A DNA stretch of 63,983 bases, the filler included, from Pelomyxa schiedti (lineage: Eukaryota; Protista; Evosea): NCBI GenBank assembly GCA_020536535.1. It is 7 parts of 7 records of this genome, joined end to end, with 100 filler letters (N's around TTAATTAATTAA, not from the genome) between each part and the next. Parts side by side here need not be neighbours in the genome. Positions count along the whole stretch, not along the records: positions 19,253 to 31,111 come from JAHLWZ010001231.1; positions 31,212 to 45,134 come from JAHLWZ010001180.1; 5 more parts are not named here. One strand, 5' to 3'. Made by a program: the position numbers and the translations under genes. The notes under the pieces are model-generated. The model searched no databases. It worked only from the letters and a program-made list of their open reading frames with translations, and was not told the origin of the DNA. Positions 25,401 to 40,764 of this stretch are shown here, piece after piece (within the stretch, counting starts at the first letter, position 1; every line of letters starts with the position of its first letter).

Positions 25401-26398
25401 CTAGTGTTCGAAGAGATTGTGTCTCAGCTATACCTTGTGCAATGAATTTCGCACCCTCGCCCGATATAGCATTATCTTTACAGTTTGAGTAAAGCCACTC
25501 CTATCTCCTAAAAGTACTTTTCAAAACAAGCCTCGTGAGAATGGAAGAGGGCGTAAGCAGTAAATCCAGCAACGACTTGCATGCTTCCTCAGTAAAGCAA
25601 GGTGCCCCTTTGGCAGAGTTTATAATCTCGAAAAAAAGTATTGAATGTAGTAAATGCACACCAGTGGGTGTGCGTTGCCACCCAAAGTCCAGTTCCTTAA
25701 AATTGGGCAGTGTGCTAAGGGCTTTGGAAAGAGCACGCACTCCCTCAATACCAATGAAGTTCCCTGTTGATTTGAGAAAAAAAAAATAAATACCTGTACC
25801 TTACCTCCAAAGTTCAGGGAGGACAATTTAGATGTGGGCGTGAGTCCTTGAGCTAAAATTGCAGCTTGCCCATCACCGATTCTGTTTCCTGTGGGTTTTG
25901 CCAATCTTAAAAAAAATTTGTCTGATCAGACGCGTTTTCGNNNNNNNNNNNNNNNNNNNNNNNNNNNNNNNNNNNNNNNNNNNNNNNNNNNNNNNNNNNN
26001 NNNNNNNNNNNNNNNNNNNNNNNNNNNNNNNNNNNNNNNNAGGACAATTTAGATGTGGGCGTGAGTCCTTGAGCTAAAATTGCAGCTTGCCCATCACCGA
26101 TTCTGTTTCCTGTGGGTTTTGCCAATCTTAAAAAAAATTTGTCTGATCAGACGCGTTTTCGGCATACTTTCCAGACCCAAAACAAGGAGCGTTTTATTCA
26201 TAACAAGTGCTTGTGACAGTTTGGTTGCTCTTCCATCGTCAATTGTAAACTCTGCAGGAGATCCCTCATTTTTAACAGGAAAAAAAACACAAAAAAAAGA
26301 AAAAGAAACGAAGCGAAACCTTTTATCTCCAACAACAGACGCTCAGCGTTGTCCACAGCAATCTTGCTGATCAGGCTGTTGTAGTCTGTCTCACTCAT
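19442..26398 (-). CDS. ROCO-family protein (RI-like LRRs - Roc GTPase - COR - TKL kinase)
   Basis: LRRs (GNRIGDGQAAILAQGL, GNEIGDAGAKSIADAL), Roc P-loop KLLFVGDENAGKTTL, WDLGGQ, GTHYD, COR (DIVILSPIFL), kinase GGFGKV..VAVK..HCDLHSG|N..IADFGL..APE..KADVWSF. Confidence 0.92.
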
Positions 26399-26792
26399 CG
26401 TCGTAGTGCTGGCCAAACCCCAACAACCAACGACGTTCGATCACACACCCCGTTGATTTCGTAACGAAAAACCCCGGGTCTCGGAACATCAACTCTGGGA
26501 AGCACCATCAGGAGCTCTGGTGGCCCCATCCCCGCTTTTGGTACGAGGCCATTCTCACTGCGGGAGTTCCTTGGTTGAGTGTTGTCTTCCATAGTAATGG
26601 AATCAAATCTGTTATCTGCGAGGGGAAAAAGAAAATAAAAAAAACAACGCTTTGGGGGTGCCAGACAGCCGGGCATTGGCTCTCGTTAATCGTGAGATTG
26701 TCGTCTCGTGAGGTATGCCATCTCATGCAATGATCATGCACGACTGTGACTTAGTATTTTTTTTTTTTTCTGATACAGTTGTTGGAGAAATA

Positions 26793-29396
26793 ATGTCGGC
26801 AGCGTCTACGAACGTGTTAACGAAAGGGTGCATATCGGCTATTTACAATTCTGTCACACCGTACCCGGTCAATCCAATTCTCCAAGTTTTAAACTCGAAA
26901 GAGATTGCGAAGGTTTCAAATCCCTTTTTGTTGAGCCAATATTTTAAAGTTTAACTTGCTTTTGCATTTTTCCCCTGATAACCTTCCTTTCAGACAGAAG
27001 ACAAGGGGAAGAGGCATTTACTAGTTTTAAGTGATGGAGAATACACACTGCAAGCGTGCACCCAAATTGATGCTCCTCCTGTCTTTTCTCTGATCAAGTT
27101 GTTAGAATACCAAGTGCCGGTTATAAAAAACAGAAAAAAGTTGGCATTATATTGATACGACAATTTTACTTACCTGACTGTATAGGTTAATTGCCATCGC
27201 ACGTCATGAGGTTATATCTAAGCAGCCTGGAACTCTAGGCACCCCTGTTAACATAGAGCGAACTCCTCCCAATCAGCAGCAACCGCTACAGCAGCAACCA
27301 CCGCGACAGGTTCAGTCCCAAGCACCTCAACAACGCCAACTGCAGCTACAACAACAACAACGACCTGGCTCCTCAGCAGCGGCTCCACCTCCTCAGCAAA
27401 GAGTCAATCAGCCTCCCCCTAGTGGCATGGGAAGAGGTGCCCTGGGCAGGGGTTCACAGCCACCTCCTCAAGGAGGGCTTGGGAGAGGCAGTTATTCTCC
27501 TAATCCACGAGTATGCGTTTTTCTCAGTAACTCCTTTTTCATTCATGGTAGGGAGTGCCTCAGCAACCACCTCCAGGGTCTGCTGCCTCGTAATTCTTCT
27601 TTACTCCTATTTTAAAGTCTTTTAAAACACCTCTTCAGTGCACCAAATGAGGACATATCCAAGTCTGCAATTTTCCCTGTCAACTCTCTCAATCCATATC
27701 AACTGAAATGGGTAATCAAAGTCCGAGTTACTCAAAAAGGCCAAATTCGTGAATGGAAAAATACCAAAGGCTCTGGCAGACTGTTTAGTGTGGATCTTCT
27801 GGATGATAAAGTGAAACCTCCAAACCTCCAAGTTGGCTCTTAGCACATTACATTCTCTAAATAGGGTGGAGAAATTAGAATGACTGGTTTCCAAGATTCA
27901 ATTGACAAGTTTTATGAGCTTCTTCAAGTGGACCATGTAAACACTTGAAAAAAACAATTTCAAAAACTCTTTATGACACCTGTTTCCAGGTCTATCTTAT
28001 TTCACGTTGCACTCTGAAATTTGCCAACAAGCAATATACCTCAATAAAACATGACTATGAGCTTACACTCAAGGTCGACAGTATTATCCAGGAGGTGACT
28101 GATGACAAGACTATTAAAACTCAAAAATACGAGTTTATTCAAATTGGTAGCCTCTCTCGCAAGAAACCCAATGACCTCGTTGGTACACAATAGAAGTGTT
28201 GTTTTGTACTCACACTTGAAAAGATGTCATTGGAGTTGTCGTGTCTCCAGGAGCTGTTGGCAAAATTATCTCCAAAAAAGATTCTGCTGAGTACACCAAA
28301 AGGTATCCTTTATTCATCAGTCCCACTGCATGCACTAAATTTCGGGCAGAGTAGTTACTATTTGCGATAATTCCGCAACCAGCGTTGAGCTGACTCTCTG
28401 GGGTGAACAAGCGGAACTTGACGTTATGGTGGATTCAATTGTGGCAATAAAATCAGCCAAAGTGTCAGACTATGGAGGCATGATTAATTTCTGTCTTTTG
28501 CCTGTTCATCACATTCTGCCAAGGATGTTCGCTGTCGGCAAACAAGTCCTCTGCAATTACCTGGAATCCGACAGATATTCCCGAAGCTGAGACATTGAGG
28601 GAGTGGAAGAAAGCTTCTGGCGATGTCTCCTTAACTCCCCTTACTAACGGAAAAGGAGGATCGGGAGGTGGTGGCGGGGACCTCTCCAAAGCACCAATGG
28701 TCAATCTTCATGAGCTGCAAGAGGCTGGTCCGACCCTCAAACCCGTGGGTTACCAAGATTAGTTGTTTTCTCTAACTGTAGAAGGATGGAGATCTCTTCC
28801 AAGTTGTCGGCACTATTACTATGATTCGACATGATGGCCGTTTCCACTATGAAGCATGCCAAACACCCCAATGCAATAAGTTAGACTTCAATCACTTTTC
28901 CGTGTTACTAACACTTCACAGAAAGGTTAGTGGCGATGCCGACAATGGATATCACTGCGAGAAATGCAATAAAGATTTCCAGGAGCCGTCATACAGGTGA
29001 GGTATCAATCTTATTTACTTTACCTAAATATTCTTAGGTATGTGTTGAGTATCACTGTAAGTGATCACACTGGCTCGGCTTACTTCAACTGCTTCAATGA
29101 GCAAGCCAAGATGATGCTCGGTATGGAGTGTAAGGAGCTTCTCGACCTAGGAAATCAAAAGGTTGAATTTCGTTCCAAATTCAGTGCACTAATACACCGC
29201 ACAGAGCCCCTCTTTTGAACTTGCCTTCCATGAAGCTACCTTCAGAAAATACATATTCGGCCTCCGTGCACGAGCTGAGGAATACAACGGTGACACCCGC
29301 GTTAAGTACAGTGTACTCAGAGCAACACCGCTGCACCCCACAAACTGGACCTCTGACGCCACCCGGCTCATAACCGCCATACAGAGGTATGAGTGA
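26793..29396 (+). CDS. RPA1: Replication protein A 70 kDa subunit
   Basis: WVIKVRVTQKGQIREWKNTKGSGRLFSVDLLD|..GEIRMTGF, ANKQYTSIKHDYELT, Zn ribbon C..QCNKKV..CEKCNK, YVLSITVSDHTG. Confidence 0.95.
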
Positions 29397-29529
29397 AACA
29401 TACCCCAATCACCACACCATCATTAACAATCCCAGCAACAACCAATGTACACAAAAACCCAGCCATTCCTTCTCATTCAATGTGCGATTCTCGCAACAAA
29501 AAAATTAAAAAGAGCTCTTTCCTTTTTAG

Positions 29530-30816
29530 TTACAACAACAAGCTTTCAAAAGCGGGGAGTGTTTCAGTACAAGGACCAGTAATCACATTGGGGTAGGCAG
29601 CAACACTGCCGGTGTTATCAAGGTTGAAGATATAAACAGGTTTGTCGAACCGGGCTGCGTTCTGCAGAATCATGCCGGTGATCCCAACACTGAGGCTGGT
29701 TCCCACGAAAATAAATACTTCGGCTTTGTATATCCAGTTCATTGCGGTATCAAACTTGAATGCCGGATGAGCATCGTAACTTTCATCAAAGAAAAGTGCC
29801 AACGGGAGAAGAAGAGAGGTGCATAGAACTAGTGGGGAAGTCAGAAATAGATAGTTAGGAGCGACGACTAACTGCACTTTGCAGGGATAACCAACCCTGC
29901 TGGATTCCTCAGTAGTTCTACCTCCGGGTGGACTTCTCGAGAATACGTGCATTTTCTGCCATGAAAGTGAGGCAAAAGAAATTCCCAGGAGAAGAAACAA
30001 AAAAAAAGGGTACTTGTTTGTGCATCGGTACTTTCCCAGGCAGCCATGTATTTCGACGTATCGATCAGGGGGTACCCCAGCAGCAGAGTGAAGTTTGTCA
30101 ATGTTCTGGGTGATGAGGGTTACGTTGGGGTACCTGTTCATAATGTTTGATATGGCCACATGCGCCCGGTTTGGCGATGCGGCCAGGAACGCGTCGCAGT
30201 GGTGTGTCTTGACCCAGTATTCATTCCACCACACCTCCGGGTCAGCAAAAAACTTCTCAGTTGTTCCCCACTAGTCAGTTCCCCGCAGGCAAGCAGGAGT
30301 AGGAGGAGGAGGAGTGAGTCGAGCCATTCATTCACACCAACCCAACCCACCCCAATCAATCAATCAATCAATCAATCAACCAATGAATCAATAATGTGGG
30401 GGGGGGGTGTTGGGTGGGGAGCTGATAGATAACGGAGCACCACCACCACTACTTAGTTGGGTACTACTACTAGTTACTACACACAGACAGACAGACATAC
30501 ATAGACATACATCGGTGATGTACTTGTCCCAGATGGCCTTGTCGCCCCCGCGGTACGTGGGCACCCCCGACGCCACGCTCAGCCCCGCCCCCGTCACAAC
30601 CACCGCTCGCGCTCCCCCGCCCACAAGCCCCGCCAGCTCCCCCACCACCCCCACTACGCTGCTCCTGCTCATGCTCCTGCTCGCGGTCGTGGTCGCCGCG
30701 GCCTCGGCCCCCCCGCCACCACGCTGCGTTGTCACATCACACGACGACGCCGCCGCCTCTGCTGCAGCGATTGTGTTTGATGATGAGGATGCTGCCGTAT
30801 CGTCCCCTTTGCTCAT
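29530..30816 (-). CDS. NAD-dependent deacylase, sirtuin/SIR2 family
   Basis: TGAGLSVASGVPTYRG, PNRAH, ITQNIDKLHSAAG, VEIHG, VGTSLSV motifs. Confidence 0.93.
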
Positions 30817-31211
30817 AAATGTGTTCCGATAAGCAGGAGGACTGATTTGATGAAGTATGGGGATTGGTATGTGGGTGCAGTTAATACGCAGGAGAGAGCG
30901 AGACAAAACAAGTGCTCGAATGTTCCTCAGCAAGGTGGTGCGTTGTCAACAAACAGTATCAGAATCGCAGAAACGTGAATGAGCGAGGCGCCCCCTTTGG
31001 CTGTGCGTTCTCAGTTCCTCGCGTTGATGATGTCAGTGCACGAGCGTTGCGGTCAAGGAAGCCCCGCCCGCTACGTGTGCCGGGTCCCACCCATCGCCAG
31101 GCACTTATGGGNNNNNNNNNNNNNNNNNNNNNNNNNNNNNNNNNNNNNNNNNNNNTTAATTAATTAANNNNNNNNNNNNNNNNNNNNNNNNNNNNNNNNN
31201 NNNNNNNNNNN

Positions 31212-31402
31212 AGGCCATTGTTCTGGTGTTTGCCAACAAGCAAGACCTGCCCAACGCGATGACTGTTTCTGAGCTGACGGACAAGCTCGGCATGCACACA
31301 CTCAGGAACAGGAAGTGGTTCATTCAGGCCACTTGTGCCACCTCCGGCGATGGCTTGTATGAAGGCCTTGACTGGCTGTCTCACAATTTGGCACGTTCAT
31401 AG
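31212..31402 (+). CDS. ARF1: ADP-ribosylation factor, C-terminal fragment (contig edge)
   Basis: [59 protein letters not shown]. Confidence 0.92.
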
Positions 31403-31896
31403 CCCTACTAGCACATGCCTAGCCATTGTCTTTGTAATTTATTGTTTCTTCCTTGTACATTCCTAGTGAAAGAAATCGGTCTCTTAGGAGGGTTGTTTGA
31501 GTAATATTTGGTATCAACAGTGGGTGTTGATGCCACTGCAAGGGGAGTGGTGAGAGTAGAATTGCTGTTATTGTGGTTCTGGTATGTGTTACTTGTGTAA
31601 TTGTTGATTGTAATTTGGGATAGTTGCAGTACATGAGGTCTCGTGACTTGCTAAAAACATATCTCGGTGGTAGTTGTTACGGTACTGGAGGTGGACCCTC
31701 CAGGAACAATTTCGTGACACAAGGAAAAATACTGTGATGCAGGTTTGTTTTCCCTGAGGAATTGATCTCTAATTTGTCCCTAGTCACATGGGAGTTCAGC
31801 CTCACGACTCTCCCGAGTGTACAACATTCACGTGGGGAGTGATGCCACAGAGAGAAAAAGAGAAAATTTCCATTCGTTGTTCTATTCGAGATAATA

Positions 31897-34460
<2,564 letters not shown>

Positions 34461-34554
34461 ACATCAACCAAAGGAAAAAAAAGAAACCCAATCAAACTGT
34501 CCCCAATTTCTTTCGTGTTTTTCCGGGTGATTTGTGTGGTGTGGTACCGGCAAC

Positions 34555-35723
34555 ATGGCAGGCCTTACCACAACGCAAAGGCCAGCAGCCATAGACGCGA
34601 TTATGGGAGGTGTAAGTACCACGACGCTTGTGAGGAGCACGCCTACGGCATCTACAAACAGCAACAGCACGATTGAGGACTACAAGAGACGAGAGTGCGT
34701 GATGGTGCAACGTCTCGCGGCCAAGGAGAACCAAATCGTAGAATTGCAGGTTGTTGAGTTATGGGAGGGTCAGTTGTGAGTGCCTGCGTGATTGGGAGTG
34801 GGAGTTGCTGTCTATATTTCTATAGCGCTATTTGCGTGATGATTGTAAGGTGGGGAGTTGAAAATGCAAGTGTGAAATAACAATCCCTTTCCTTTGGTTT
34901 GATAGGCACAATTGGGTGCATTAAAGGCCAAGCTGAGTTCTGGTACACATACTAATCTCGTTGATCCTGTTGTTAATAGCAACTATGTAACAATGAGAGG
35001 TATTAACTATTTCTTTTGTAGTAAAATATTAAATTCCCATTGCAGAGCGTTTGGAAGAAAGAGAAGCGAAGGTGAAATCACTCGAGGAAGAGCTTGAGCA
35101 CTACAGAACTCAACAGGGGTATGCAACTCCACAGAAATACGCTGTATCTCTGATAAAACAAAAAAGACTCTATGCAGTCAAGCTGCAGAGCAGATTGAAA
35201 ATCTTCCAACAAGAAAATGAGGAACTAGGAAAACAGGTACAAAGGGATTTAAATGAAGTTTAAACTCAATCACACTCCTCAACGCTTCTGTAAAGTGAAC
35301 CAGAACTTGCATCAAGGTAGAGGAAGGAAGTGTTGCAACTCTGAAACAGGAGCTGGCAGTTTACAGAGCCCGGGCAGATGAGAGCGCACAAACGATACGA
35401 GGTTCTTTACAGAGCCCCAGCACCCTCTCGCTAACAATAAAAAAGATTATGCCACTTTTGTAGAGCATCTTCAGGCCGAATCGGTACTTGCACAGCATGA
35501 AATCATATCACTGCGGGTAGAAAATACTCAATTGCGTACCCAACTGGCTGCCCAGGCTACAACATTAATTCCGCCAATGAACAGTCCACCCATTGTAAAT
35601 TCCACCAACCCTCCTGCCGACAATACTGTAGTCAGTGTGAATACTCTTAGTGTCAATGACAGCACCAATTCCAATTCCAGTGCCAGTGTCAGTACCACAA
35701 GCCCCAACAACGGAAATCCCTAA
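34555..35723 (+). CDS. WTAP: WTAP/FIP37/Mum2 homolog (m6A writer complex adaptor)
   Basis: RECVMVQRLAAKENQI..LVDPVVN..MR..KLQSRLKIFQQENEELGKQ parallels the WTAP core (RENILVMRLATKEQE..VDPAIN..QENQELGRQL). Confidence 0.8.
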
Positions 35724-35802
35724 ATCAACACACCAGTCCACTTTTGGCCAACCCAACAAGTCAATCAAAAAGGGAAGGAACAAGAGAATTGGGAGAAGCT
35801 TT

Positions 35803-38400
35803 CTACATTTTGTTGTTTTTTTGTATAGATACAAAGGAAAAAGATGTTACAGCCTGGGCAAGTAGCTGAGGGGTGGCTTTGTCCAAAAACACCAACTTGA
35901 GAAACAATCTGACTGGAACTCCTGCTGGTTTTGCTTTTGCATGTTTCAATTCCGCAAGTGCATCGATCCTGGCCCTGAGGAGTGTATCTTCAAGAGATTC
36001 CAATGGTGTTTCAGGAGGTAGGAATAGATGGAGCCCGGCAAAGAGGGCCGCGAGTTCGGCTGTGGGCCGCTTATGGGAGTTGCGTTCAAGAAGTCCGAGG
36101 ATCAATGTGGTGAGGGCGGGGTGATGGTGCGGATTCGCAGTTGTGGGAGTTGTGGAATTGGGGGAGATCGGCTTTGTGAGTACCTCGTTGCTGGTGGAGA
36201 ACAGCGGTTGGTTGTAGACCATCTCCCATAATGCGCAACCCAGGGCCCACACGTCGTTCTTGCGGAGGTCATATTGCACGACTCCCTTTGTAAGTGCGGG
36301 ATTGAACAGTTCCGGAGCCCGATTTAAAATGTTTCCTTGTAGAATAGTCCCCGGAGGTGCCGCTAAAATGCAGGTTTCCAATGGAGGGTCTAATGCAATT
36401 GCGGAGCCAAAGTTACATAAGCCGGTAAATGATCCCTCAAAGCCTGGACGGTCAATTAGCAGAATATTATCTTGCTTGATGTCCATGTGGAACCACCCTC
36501 TCCTGTTGAAATGCTCCACAGTGCAAAGGAGTTGGAATGCCGAAAGTAGCAGGTCTCGTGGAGTGGCCTCAGATAGACAACATACAGGAAGTTCTTGTAG
36601 AATGAAAGTGGTTTTGTTGTACATCTCAGAGTCACCTCTGGGAGAAGCTGTTCTTGTGTCAACCGCTGCTGATTCGTGTGAAGTGGCAATGAACTTTTTC
36701 TAGGAAAGATGTGAGTGACAATGAGTGCTGAAACGGGGTGAAGAGTTCTCTACCTGGATAACATCTCGCCAATAATTAATCACGTTGGGAACTCCCCAGA
36801 ATGAGTTGATGGCAAGGGCACGGCAATCACACTCAAATGCATCGTTTTGCCACCGAGTTGCTACAGGCCTGATCTTGTAATTGTACATCATCTTGAGAAC
36901 AATTCCTTTATTACGGTATTTGTGTGGTATTCCCGTAATATTCGCCCGCGGGAAAACAGTTGATAGGCTACCAAACCAAGTGCCACGAACCTAGCCCCTT
37001 TATTAGGATATTGACCACAGAGTTAAGAGAACCTCTGCTCGTGAGACATCGAAATCAGGTGTTTCCAGTACTCGTAAGGCACCAAAGTCTAAGCAGGAAA
37101 GTTTCGCAACTTCGTAGGAACCTGTTCACAATTCAATTTGACCAAGAAAGACAAGGTCGAACCGTCCTCTCAGTGAATCCTCTAAGGAGGTCTGACATAT
37201 GTGAGATGGGAATGATTATAAAATAATTTACCTTGGCCAGTGTTATCGGGAAAATAAGATTCTATTTCTGTGTAGTTCTATTAATTTGTATTCTAAAGGT
37301 CGTTTCGGTAATACCTGGTCTTTTTATTGGAAGCCTCACACTTGTAGTCAAGGCCAACTGTGTACCACATTTCTCGTTCTCTGTTCCTCTAGGACAGGGA
37401 GAATTGCAATCAAATAATGGTCCTCCTTCTTTCCCTTCCTTGATAGATACTTGAACAGAAAATGAAACAGATTTCTGGCACTGTGGGTCTGGAGGGGGCA
37501 TATCACTGCAGAGTTCGTCGTAATTTATGAGTAAGCCAGTGATACACTGTCCATTTACATAAACTTCTTGGTCCGACTCATCTAGGCCGTATTTATTTCG
37601 AACAGAAGTAGTAACAAGCTATGATCTGTCAGTTTTTGGATTGAAGGGGTCTTCTGACTTTGTACAAAGGGCATATAGGGCAGATCTGAGCAGTAAAAGG
37701 CACATCTCCAGCTAGTGCAATGCTTATAGTTACTGATTCAGGATCGTCCGTAGTGTTTTTCCAAAACCCATTGTCGAAATGAGAAAAAATATGCCCAACA
37801 TCTAGCATATTTCAGAAATGTAATAGTGGGTTTATTTGACTGCAGGCGCAACAAAGAAGTACATTGCAAAAGGTGTTCCTTTTCTTGTTGAAGAAGCTCC
37901 ATTGCCTGATCATATCGTCGAATATGTGCCTCAATTTGCGCTGATTTTGAATCAAGCTGAGACTGCATAGCATCTATTTTACATTTGCACTGCTCAAGTG
38001 CATCATCGCACTTAATGGCCACTTGGCTCTGGTTATTTACATTGCGTGGAGGAAATTTGCCTGTGTTCACTTTTTTTGGCCAGAATTAACGAAGTCCATC
38101 GAAAGAAAGAAGCTACCTGGGATACACTGTGACCTAATAATATGTTGCGACCCACCTCTGGATATATCGCCCAAATGTTTTGAGTGCAATTCCTCTTCAT
38201 AAGTATCAGATAAAGGCAAGAACCTACTAAAGTCCAACAAAAACCTGCTGGGTTGGAAAAAGCCAAGTTTTCAGTGGGAAACAGAATATTGCAGGGTCAG
38301 ATTGGAATTAATGAATAGCAACACATACATGGAATTCTAGAATGCACCATTTCAGTCTGCGCGCGTATTCGTGATTCTGACACCAAAGGTGCAGAATGTA
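35803..38400 (-). CDS. PINK1-like (pseudo)kinase with N-terminal coiled coil; 5' end uncertain
   Basis: IVLKMMYNY, HMDIKQDNILL, CNFGSA, GNILNRAPE, KNDVWALG..EM. Coiled-coil exon at 37738..38070. Confidence 0.7.
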
Positions 38401-38672
38401 CTTCGTCTAGAGTCTTGCTTTGGCCCCAAAGTCTGTCAATTCTAAACAAAAGAACGAAAAACATGGAACAAAAAGGAAAACCTCGAAGCCCACCCAAACA
38501 TCCAGGTTGCGACACGAGAAATTAAAAAAAAAAGAAGTGAAAATGATTGTTCTTGATTCTTCCTGGAACGCCCCAAGTTGGTCACCAAAAGGGAGGTGTG
38601 GAAGTCGGCGCAGGGCTTTTTTTGGGGTGGTTGGGCAAGTGTTGTTCAGGTTGAAGGTTGGTGTTGGAACAT

Positions 38673-40542
38673 TTAAGAACCTTGCTTGAGCAAATAGGCA
38701 TTGGATACTGACTTGAAAGATACTACTTGTCCATCTACTAGTGCATGTGATTTGAACACTACTCCCTCTCGCTTGGATGCTTTATTAAGTGCGGAATTGC
38801 CATCAGCATACTGCAAAATCTTGGAGAGTTAGGGTTAGGTAGGAATACTTTTGGAAATGAGGGAGAGCATACCGATTGTACAGTCATTCCTCGTATAGAC
38901 ATTGTAGCCACCACTGGTACACTCAAGGCAGTGAGTCCGAGGGAAGCTAGCAATGCCATTCTCTCTGGCGGTGTGCAATAGCGACCCGCGTCAATATCGT
39001 AGATGTCGAAAATATACCAAGCTTGTTTCGTCATTTTGTAGACGTTGGTTTGTAATCCCGCTCCTATTTTTTTCCCGTTTGTGAGGGGAAAAAAAGAAGA
39101 AAGACGGAAAATACCTATCAGTTCACCCTGTAATGCAATATTTTTTCCGAGTGCTGTGAGTTTTTCTATTATTGAATATGCTCCCAGAGTTTGTACGGCC
39201 GCAGACTGAGCTGTGCGAGTTTCACTCGTTGCAGGGGGTATGCGCATATTGCGTGTGCAAATGCCAGAATCTCCATTATAGTAGAATGCTGTCAAACTGT
39301 TGCAGGGTGCATGCTTAGAGTATGAGGGGAATAGTATGGAGAATACCTGGTACCATCTAACTTTTCAGTCACTTCCCAGGTGAGATCTGCATATTGTACA
39401 GGAAATTCAGGAAGATTTTGAATGCGGATTTGGTCTGTGTGAAGTAAGTACGATGGGTTGGTCACTCAGGAGGAAGAACCCGTTTTCCGAATATAAAGAG
39501 GGAAAGGCCAGGAGGCGCTTGGCTTGATTCCACTTATTGCTTTATCCTCAATCTTTTTGTTTGTTTAGTGATTGAGAATGCTCAAACAATGAAGCAACCT
39601 CAAACTTTTCAATCTTCAGTAAGGCTGTTACATCTGTTCCAATTTCTAGTGCAAGCCTCTCATTCGTAGTTTTCCAGTGTATCACTGGTATCACTTTGCT
39701 AGGATCTTTAGCACTGGGTTGCGACTCAACTTCAAAGGTCTCACGCTCAGGGTGATCATCAAGTGCTTTGAATGGAACACAGTAACTTAAATAGAAGAAA
39801 ATCAATGACCAAACACCAAGAGGAAAAGATGTACCCCTGAGATATTTGACCTCTGATCTTACACGTCTTGATGTGAAACTTCACTTTCTCGAGATGGTCT
39901 TCAATGAAGTACTTCCACTTCGGCAAAATGGAATCGATTTCCACGTAAATAACATAATCGCCAACGTGATAAAGATTTCTTTTTACAACCACCTAATAGG
40001 TGTCTATTTAGATAGGCGAGATATAAGAAAACTTCTCCTAAAAATAAAACGCAAAACAAAGACAAAGATAGCCGATATGTGCACAAAGTAGGGAGGAAGA
40101 ACGAACGAGATAGCCCAGAAGAAGATACCTTCCAGCCCCTAACAGTGGCCACTTCGATGGCATCTGCGCCAGGAATAGCAGCAAGCCCCGCGATCACTTC
40201 AACATAAGCAAGAACCCTCCCCGACGACGTAGCCGACTCGGGAATCGCACCCGATGACGATGATGACGCCGACGCCGAAGCAGAAGCAGAGGCAGAGGCA
40301 GAGGCAGAGGTGGATGAAGCCGATGCCACAGGCGTCGGTGTCGTGGCTGCTGCGGGTTCAGTAGCACTGGACGAAGACGTGGTGGTGGTGTTCGTGCTCG
40401 TGCTCGTGCAAGTTGCTGTTGGTGTGGGTTGGGGAGTGTCGGGGGTGTGGGGCTGGGCGACGTCCTGTGGCTGTGCCTGGGACGGGGACGCAGTCGCTGG
40501 TGGGGCTGTGGTGGTAGTAGATGATGATGTGGCGTCGGCCAT
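38673..40542 (-). CDS. RNA ligase, DRB0094 / Rnl5 family
   Basis: N-terminal OB module IPGADAIEVATVRGWK|VVVK..YVEIDSILP, KIRGQISQG; KT|DQIRIQN; motif I VTEKLDGT|S; LQGELIG; FDIYDID; EGVVFKS; SFKSVSNAYLLK. Confidence 0.92.
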
Positions 40543-40690
40543 CACTGATCCGCGCGGCGATAAAGACTATTTAATTATGTACGTTTGTGGAATTACGATT
40601 TTTGAAATTGTGTAGGAGCCTCTCACGCCTTTTTGATCATTCTCAAATCAAAAGTGGGTGATAAGGTGGGGATGCTGAAGTCCGTACTTC

Positions 40691-40764
40691 GGGGACAATT
40701 CAGTTGGTTGGCTCAATGGACTTCGAATCGCAAGGGTTGGGATTTAAATCCAACATTTGGTGCA
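40691..40764 (+). pseudogene. Degenerate tRNA-like element (Arg-TCG-like)
   Basis: A-box-like TTCAGTTGG, anticodon-loop-like CT-TCG-AA, T-arm-like GTTGG-GATTTAAAT-CCAAC. The acceptor stem does not pair. Confidence 0.3.

Noticed and set aside
25820-26160. Direct repeat of about 120 bp either side of a 100-N gap in the ROCO gene
   Set aside because: Identical overlap across a scaffold gap; assembly artifact rather than an extra LRR.
30340-30415. (CAAT)n and G-run repeats
   Set aside because: Simple intronic microsatellites. No CRISPR-like repeat-spacer structure here or elsewhere in the window.
29530-30816. Sirtuin as a SIR2-type immune NADase
   Set aside because: Canonical stand-alone deacylase motifs with the catalytic His, and no fused sensor domain or partner gene.
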